52,335 nt of DNA. Source: a virus. Lineage: Duplodnaviria > Caudoviricetes. Positions 47,936 through 52,335 of this stretch are shown here, one piece after another (position 1 is the stretch's first letter; the number at the start of each line of letters is the position of its first letter). A program made the position numbers and the translations under genes. The DNA lies in IMG/VR virus record IMGVR_UViG_3300020439_000007, positions 1 through 52,335 of that record, one strand, 5' to 3'. The notes under the pieces are model-generated. The model did no database searches, was not told the DNA's origin, and was given only the letters and a program-made list of their open reading frames with translations.

Positions 47936-47941
47936 TATTTA
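47936..47941 (-). promoter_or_regulatory. minus-strand late promoter core TAAATA for the GT25/radical SAM operon
   Basis: TATTTA on the + strand reads GATAAATATC on the - strand, 16-19 nt upstream of the GT25 start. Confidence 0.6.
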
Positions 47942-47944
47942 TCC

Positions 47945-47950
47945 TAAATA
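47945..47950 (+). promoter_or_regulatory. plus-strand late promoter core TAAATA for the head-core genes
   Basis: CTAAATAA 23 nt upstream of ATG 47974. Confidence 0.65.
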
Positions 47951-47973
47951 ACTGGGTAATCCACATTGTAACA

Positions 47974-48135
47974 ATGGACGACATTTTAGATATGATCATC
48001 GGTGACGAATCTCCATCGAACGTCTCTGATAAGATCAAAGATTTGCTCTATGCAAAGACTTCGGAGAAGGTAGAAGCACTGAGACCTGAGGTGTCAAACA
48101 GTATGTTTGATGGCGAAGATGAGGTCGAAGACTGA
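47974..48135 (+). CDS. small acidic head-region protein (53 aa, MDDILDMIIGDESPSNVSDKIKDLLYAK...), at the position of the T4 prohead core genes 67/68
   Basis: In-frame ATG 47974 of ORF 47842..48135. Has a late promoter and sits between gp20 and gp21. Confidence 0.75.
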   Translation: MDDILDMIIGDESPSNVSDKIKDLLYAKTSEKVEALRPEVSNSMFDGEDEVED

Positions 48136-48142
48136 ACCGTAA

Positions 48143-48156
48143 TAAATAACTAAATA
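48143..48156 (+). promoter_or_regulatory. tandem late promoter cores TAAATA upstream of gp21
   Basis: AATAAATAACTAAATAC. Confidence 0.6.
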
Positions 48157-48173
48157 CTCGATTACGTTCAGCG

Positions 48174-48827
48174 ATGAAACTGATAAGAGAAGAGATTGAG
48201 AAGGTTGAAGTTCTCACTGAGACCGTTAATGGTAAGAAGAACATGTTCATTAAGGGCGTGTTCCTTCAAAGTGAGATGGTCAACCGTAACGGTAGAATGT
48301 ATCCCTTTCCAATCATGGAAAGAGAGGTGAAGAGATATTCTAAAGATTATGTTGCTAAGGGCAGAGCACTTGGTGAACTGGGTCATCCTGATGGTCCAAC
48401 CGTAAACCTCGATAGAGTATCGCACAAGATTACTGAGCTTAAGCAAGAAGGTAATAACTTCATTGGTAAAGCACAGATTCTGCATACCCCTATGGGTAAA
48501 ATTGCAGAAGCACTTCTCAAAGATGGCGTAACACTCGGCGTGTCTTCTCGTGGAATTGGTTCTTTGAGAGATAACGTTAAGGCGGGTTACAAGGAAGTTG
48601 GTGAAGACTTCATGTTAGCAACTGCTGCTGACATTGTTGCTGATCCATCTGCTCCTGATGCTTTTGTTCAAGGCATCATGGAGGGTAAAGAATGGGTTTG
48701 GGATGGAGGTATCCTCCGCGAAAAACTCGCTCAACAAACACAAATGAGAATTGAAGCAGCATCTAGACAAAGGGTATTAGAAGAGAAGAAGTTGGACCTG
48801 TTCAATGACTTCCTGAATAATCTTTAA
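48174..48827 (+). CDS. gp21: prohead protease gp21
   Basis: IKGVFLQSE..NRNGRMYP, ALGELGHP, LGVSSRGIGS, DIVADPSAPDAFV. Confidence 0.97.
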   Translation: MKLIREEIEKVEVLTETVNGKKNMFIKGVFLQSEMVNRNGRMYPFPIMEREVKRYSKDYVAKGRALGELGHPDGPTVNLDRVSHKITELKQEGNNFIGKAQILHTPMGKIAEALLKDGVTLGVSSRGIGSLRDNVKAGYKEVGEDFMLATAADIVADPSAPDAFVQGIMEGKEWVWDGGILREKLAQQTQMRIEAASRQRVLEEKKLDLFNDFLNNL

Positions 48828-48861
48828 GACGCTATATATACAGTTCAACTTTTAAAAATAA

Positions 48862-48871
48862 TAAATAAATA
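48862..48871 (+). promoter_or_regulatory. late promoter core(s) TAAATA upstream of gp22
   Basis: Intergenic ATAAATAAATATA. GGAG RBS at about 48897. Confidence 0.6.
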
Positions 48872-48907
48872 TAGATTAAATTACAAAGGTTAATCGGAGA
48901 GTCTCAA

Positions 48908-50107
48908 ATGTCTAGTGACAACAACTTACAGGAAATGGAAGCAGGCACAACTCAATCCAAGACCGCTGTCAATGCTGGTGCAAAGGCAGGCGATCCCATG
49001 CAGAAGCTTGCTCCTGGCGCAGTAGCAGGTCAGACGGGATCGTATGAAGATCTTGGTGGTCCTACTCCAGACAACTATAAGTCTGACGACGAATCAGCTA
49101 AACTGAAAACCCCAGGCGCAACCCTCAAGCAGGTACGCGACGTTGTAAACAAAGGCGCTAAGTCTGCGGATGCAATGAAGGGTATGAAGGAAGAGGAAGA
49201 ACTCGATTCTGAAGAGGTAATCGAAGAAGACGAGGAAGTAACCGCAGAAGCAGAAGAAGTCGTATCCGAAGAAGAAGCAACCGAAACCGAGGAAGAGGTT
49301 GTTGCTGAAGAGGAAGAGTCCGAAGAGGAAGTTGTCGCTGAGGCAGAAGAGATCGAAGAAGAAGAGGAGTTTGATGTCTCTGAAGATGTCAGCGCCCTTC
49401 TTGAAGGTGAAGAGCTCTCGGAAGAATTCCAAGAAAAAGCTCGCACCATCTTTGAGGCAGCACTCCGTTCCAAGGTCGAGGAGATCAAGGAAGGAATGAT
49501 TGCCGCTTATGACGAAGCATACGAGGAGCGCCTCGTAGAAGAAGTTACTGAGATCAAGTCTGCTCTGACTGAAAGAGTAGATTCTTATCTTGAGTACGTA
49601 GCTGAGGAATGGGTTACCGAAAACAGACTCGCCATTGAGAGCGGTCTGAAGGCAGAAATGTCCGAATCCTTCCTTTCTGGCATGAAGAGTCTTTTTGAAG
49701 AACATTATGTATCCATCCCTGAAGAGAAATATGATGTACTTGAGAGCATGGTAGAAAAACTTGATGAAATGGAGACAAAACTCAACGAGCAGATTGAGAA
49801 GAATATCACCCTGAATTCCCGCCTCTCCGAGTCGGTTGCAGATGGTATCTTTGATGAAGTAGCTGAAGGTCTTGCCCTCAGTCAAAAAGAGAAGCTCGCC
49901 TCACTTGCCGAAAGTGTTGAGTTTGAAAGTGCAAAAACATATCGTGAAAAACTGGAGATGCTGAAGGAGTCCTACTTCGCAGCAAAGAAAGCTCCAAAAG
50001 CGCAGACTGAGAACCTCTCTGAGGAAGTAGATATTGATGCAACAGGTCATGCACCTGATTACATGAATAACTATCTCAGAACACTCGGTGCTGTAAGCAA
50101 AAAGTGA
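48908..50107 (+). CDS. gp22: prohead core scaffold protein gp22
   Basis: E-rich. LSEEFQEKARTIFEAAL, VDSYLEYVAEEW..EN.LAIE.G. Lies between gp21 and gp23. Confidence 0.95.
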   Translation: MSSDNNLQEMEAGTTQSKTAVNAGAKAGDPMQKLAPGAVAGQTGSYEDLGGPTPDNYKSDDESAKLKTPGATLKQVRDVVNKGAKSADAMKGMKEEEELDSEEVIEEDEEVTAEAEEVVSEEEATETEEEVVAEEEESEEEVVAEAEEIEEEEEFDVSEDVSALLEGEELSEEFQEKARTIFEAALRSKVEEIKEGMIAAYDEAYEERLVEEVTEIKSALTERVDSYLEYVAEEWVTENRLAIESGLKAEMSESFLSGMKSLFEEHYVSIPEEKYDVLESMVEKLDEMETKLNEQIEKNITLNSRLSESVADGIFDEVAEGLALSQKEKLASLAESVEFESAKTYREKLEMLKESYFAAKKAPKAQTENLSEEVDIDATGHAPDYMNNYLRTLGAVSKK

Positions 50108-50149
50108 TTTCTTAATTATCGATTCAAACGTAAACTAAGGTAAAAGCAA

Positions 50150-51553
50150 ATGTTCCAATCCGAGCATCTGCAGGAAAAGTGGGCACCACTTCTCGACTAT
50201 GATGGTATTGATCCTATCAAGGATAACCACAGAAGAGCAGTAACCGCTGTCCTGTTAGAAAACCAAGAAAAGTTCCTCCGTGAACAACAAGCATTCCAAG
50301 GCGGAATCCTGAACGAAACCCCAACCAACGCTGCTAACGCTGCTGGTGCTGGTGGTGGATTCGGTGGAGACGCAGCTGCAGGCGGTCCTGTTGCTGGTTT
50401 CGACCCTGTTCTGATCTCCCTGATCAGACGCGCAATGCCTAACCTGGTCGCTTATGACCTCGCAGGCGTTCAACCAATGAGCGGTCCTACTGGACTGATC
50501 TTCGCAATGCGTTCCCGCTACACCAATCAGAGCGGAACCGAAGCACTGTTCAACGAAGCAGATACTGCATTCTCTGGTCAGGACGATGGTCTTGATGAGG
50601 CAAGCGGATTCTCTGATGGCGTTGCAGGTATGGGTACTACCAGCCAAGCTGGTTCTAACCCTGGTCTCCTGAACCCCGTTGGTACTGCATCTTCCACTGG
50701 CTACAACGTTGGTCAGGGCATGAAGACTGGTGATGCTGAGAACCTGGGCAATGGCACAGGCAATCAGTTCAACGAGATGGCATTCTCCATCGAGAAGGTT
50801 CTCGTTGAAGCCAAGTCCAGAGCACTGAAGGCAGAATACAGCCTTGAGCTTGCACAGGACCTGAAGGCAATCCACGGTCTGAACGCTGAAGCGGAACTCG
50901 CAAACATTCTCTCCACTGAGATTCTTGCTGAGATCAACCGCGAAGTCATCAGAACCATCTACAAGGTTGCTGAGCAAGGTGCTGCTGCAAACACCGCAAC
51001 TGCTGGTGTATTCGACCTCGACATCGACTCCAACGGTCGCTGGAGTGTTGAGAAGTTCAAGGGTCTGCTGTTCCAAATCGAGCGCGATGCTAACGCAATC
51101 GCACAAAGAACTCGTAGAGGAAAGGGCAATGTAATCATGTGCTCCGCCGACGTTGCATCCGCACTGTCCATGGCTGGCGTACTCGACTACACCCCTGCAC
51201 TCAACGCTAACCTGAACGTTGATGACACTGGTAACACCTTCGCTGGTGTTCTGCTTGGTAAGTACAGAGTCTACATCGATCCTTATGCTGCAAACGTTGC
51301 TGCTCAGCAGTACTACGTTGTCGGTTACAAGGGCACCTCTCCTTACGACGCAGGTCTCTTCTACTGCCCATATGTACCTCTCCAGATGGTACGTGCAGTT
51401 GGCGAGAACACCTTCCAACCCAAGATCGGCTTCAAGACCCGTTATGGTCTTGTTGCAAACCCCTTCGCAGAAGGAACCGAGCAAGGTCTGGGTCGCCTCA
51501 AGGTCAACCAGAACCGTTACTACAGAAGAGTTCAGATCAAGAACCTCATGTGA
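50150..51553 (+). CDS. gp23: major capsid protein gp23
   Basis: LQEKWAPLLD, FDPVLISLIRRAMPNL.AYD..GVQPM.GPTGLIFAMR, KSRALKAEYSLELAQDLKAIHGL, FQPKIGFKTRYG. Confidence 0.99.
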   Translation: MFQSEHLQEKWAPLLDYDGIDPIKDNHRRAVTAVLLENQEKFLREQQAFQGGILNETPTNAANAAGAGGGFGGDAAAGGPVAGFDPVLISLIRRAMPNLVAYDLAGVQPMSGPTGLIFAMRSRYTNQSGTEALFNEADTAFSGQDDGLDEASGFSDGVAGMGTTSQAGSNPGLLNPVGTASSTGYNVGQGMKTGDAENLGNGTGNQFNEMAFSIEKVLVEAKSRALKAEYSLELAQDLKAIHGLNAEAELANILSTEILAEINREVIRTIYKVAEQGAAANTATAGVFDLDIDSNGRWSVEKFKGLLFQIERDANAIAQRTRRGKGNVIMCSADVASALSMAGVLDYTPALNANLNVDDTGNTFAGVLLGKYRVYIDPYAANVAAQQYYVVGYKGTSPYDAGLFYCPYVPLQMVRAVGENTFQPKIGFKTRYGLVANPFAEGTEQGLGRLKVNQNRYYRRVQIKNLM

Positions 51554-51577
51554 TCCATCGGATTCACAATCTGTTCC

Positions 51578-51603
51578 AGAGACCCGCAAGGGTCTCTTTT
51601 TTT
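51578..51603 (+). terminator. rho-independent terminator after gp23
   Basis: AGAGACCC-GCAA-GGGTCTCT stem with a GNRA loop, followed by a T-run. Confidence 0.92.
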
Positions 51604-51608
51604 GTCTC

Positions 51609-51614
51609 TAAATA
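51609..51614 (+). promoter_or_regulatory. late promoter core TAAATA after the gp23 terminator
   Basis: CTAAATAA 21 nt upstream of ATG 51636. Confidence 0.6.
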
Positions 51615-51635
51615 AAATATACTTGTTATATCGTG

Positions 51636-52335
51636 ATGAAAGATCTCCTTATTACATTTGGTGATAGTTGGACTTTTGGTGAGGGATCTGCCTACAAAGA
51701 TGGCATGAACCAACCACAATATGAACGAATTCAACATGATCCAGACTTATGTTGGGAAAATGGTTGGAGAAGGCGTGTTGTAGAACATTTTGATTTTGAC
51801 CATATAAACTTTGGTGTGGGTGGTAGTAGTAATGACAAACAGTTTAGAGTAGCAAAAAAATTCTTTGCTTCTAAAAAATTTAAAGAGATATATCAACAGA
51901 AACGAAAGATATATGTGTTGTGGGGAACAACATCGGTCAATAGGTATGACTTTTGGGTAAAAGAAACATACCAGTATGAACACATATTTTTAAAGGATAT
52001 TAATGGTAAAGACGCTAACCCAGAACAGTGGGGAGCAGATGCACAAGCTATTGATTATATTGCTGATTGTTTGAATAAATATTCTTACTGTGAACCAGCT
52101 AGAGTTAAAGAATTAGAGATTGAATTTTTACATTGGAATCAATACTTTAAACTTCTAGGGATTAAAAATTTTTGGTATGACACTTTTTGTTCTTTTAATT
52201 ACACAATAAAAGTTCCAAACTTTTTTGACATGAATAAAAAGAGAAGGGATTTATTATCCGTGATTGTGGATAACCATAGGAAAGATCATCCATCTTTAAG
52301 AGACTTCTTCCCTCAAGACGATTTTGTATATGCTT
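51636..52335 (+). CDS. SGNH/GDSL hydrolase-like protein, 3' truncated by the window end
   Basis: Read manually: MKDLLITFGDSWTFGEG (block I GDS) ... INFGVGGSSND (block II). The frame appears open to the window end. Confidence 0.7.
   Translation, partial: MKDLLITFGDSWTFGEGSAYKDGMNQPQYERIQHDPDLCWENGWRRRVVEHFDFDHINFGVGGSSNDKQFRVAKKFFASKKFKEIYQQKRKIYVLWGTTSVNRYDFWVKETYQYEHIFLKDINGKDANPEQWGADAQAIDYIADCLNKYSYCEPARVKELEIEFLHWNQYFKLLGIKNFWYDTFCSFNYTIKVPNFFDMNKKRRDLLSVIVDNHRKDHPSLRDFFPQDDFVYA

Noticed and set aside
47842-47973. Upstream extension of the small head-region ORF (97-aa call)
   Set aside because: It would overlap the GT25 start and both promoters. ATG 47974 after TAAATA is the better start.
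49075-49885. Antisense ORFs (137 aa poly-Ser, 263 aa Phe/Leu-rich) over gp22
   Set aside because: Reverse-complement of the Glu-rich GAA/GAG tract of gp22.
50255-51589. 444-aa antisense ORF covering gp23
   Set aside because: In-register shadow of a strongly codon-biased gene (few TTA/CTA/TCA codons). No recognisable motifs, RBS or promoter.
1-52335. CRISPR array, tRNA, rRNA, IS/integrase, diversity-generating retroelement, stop-codon reassignment
   Set aside because: By eye I found no regularly spaced DNA repeats, cloverleafs, transposase/RT genes or near-identical TR/VR pairs. Core genes translate full length with the standard code and use all three stops. A dedicated scan was not possible.

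Overview
This window is the contiguous virion-morphogenesis (late) gene block of a large T4-like myovirus, most likely a cyanophage-type (Synechococcus/Prochlorococcus myophage-like) genome. Gene order: partial GT-A glycosyltransferase, small hypotheticals, gp25, gp6, giant gp7-like baseplate protein (4618 aa), gp8, a 2550-aa DUF4815/VrlC-like structural protein, gp13, gp14, gp15, gp16, a variable gp16-gp17 island, gp17, gp18, gp19, gp20, an inserted enzyme island, a small acidic head-region gene, gp21, gp22, gp23, a terminator, then a partial SGNH-like gene. TAAATA late-promoter motifs precede many genes. Most notable: (1) Between portal (gp20) and prohead protease (gp21) lies a four-gene modification cassette. 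It has an HxD...H cupin/oxygenase plus an antisense, overlapping operon of a GT25 glycosyltransferase and two paralogous cobalamin-dependent radical SAM enzymes, and is fronted by a back-to-back divergent pair of late promoters. This suggests a late-expressed, possibly virion-modifying biosynthetic system. (2) The gp16-gp17 island encodes a 1023-aa basic modular protein punctuated by gp21-type [ILV]-x-E sites, plus two proteins with T4-like capsid-targeting N-termini. (3) gp7 and gp18 show nested (Russian-doll) domain insertions. (4) The 2550-aa protein carries a P14/(RPP)7 tract. All family assignments come from motif recognition and synteny; no searches were run.
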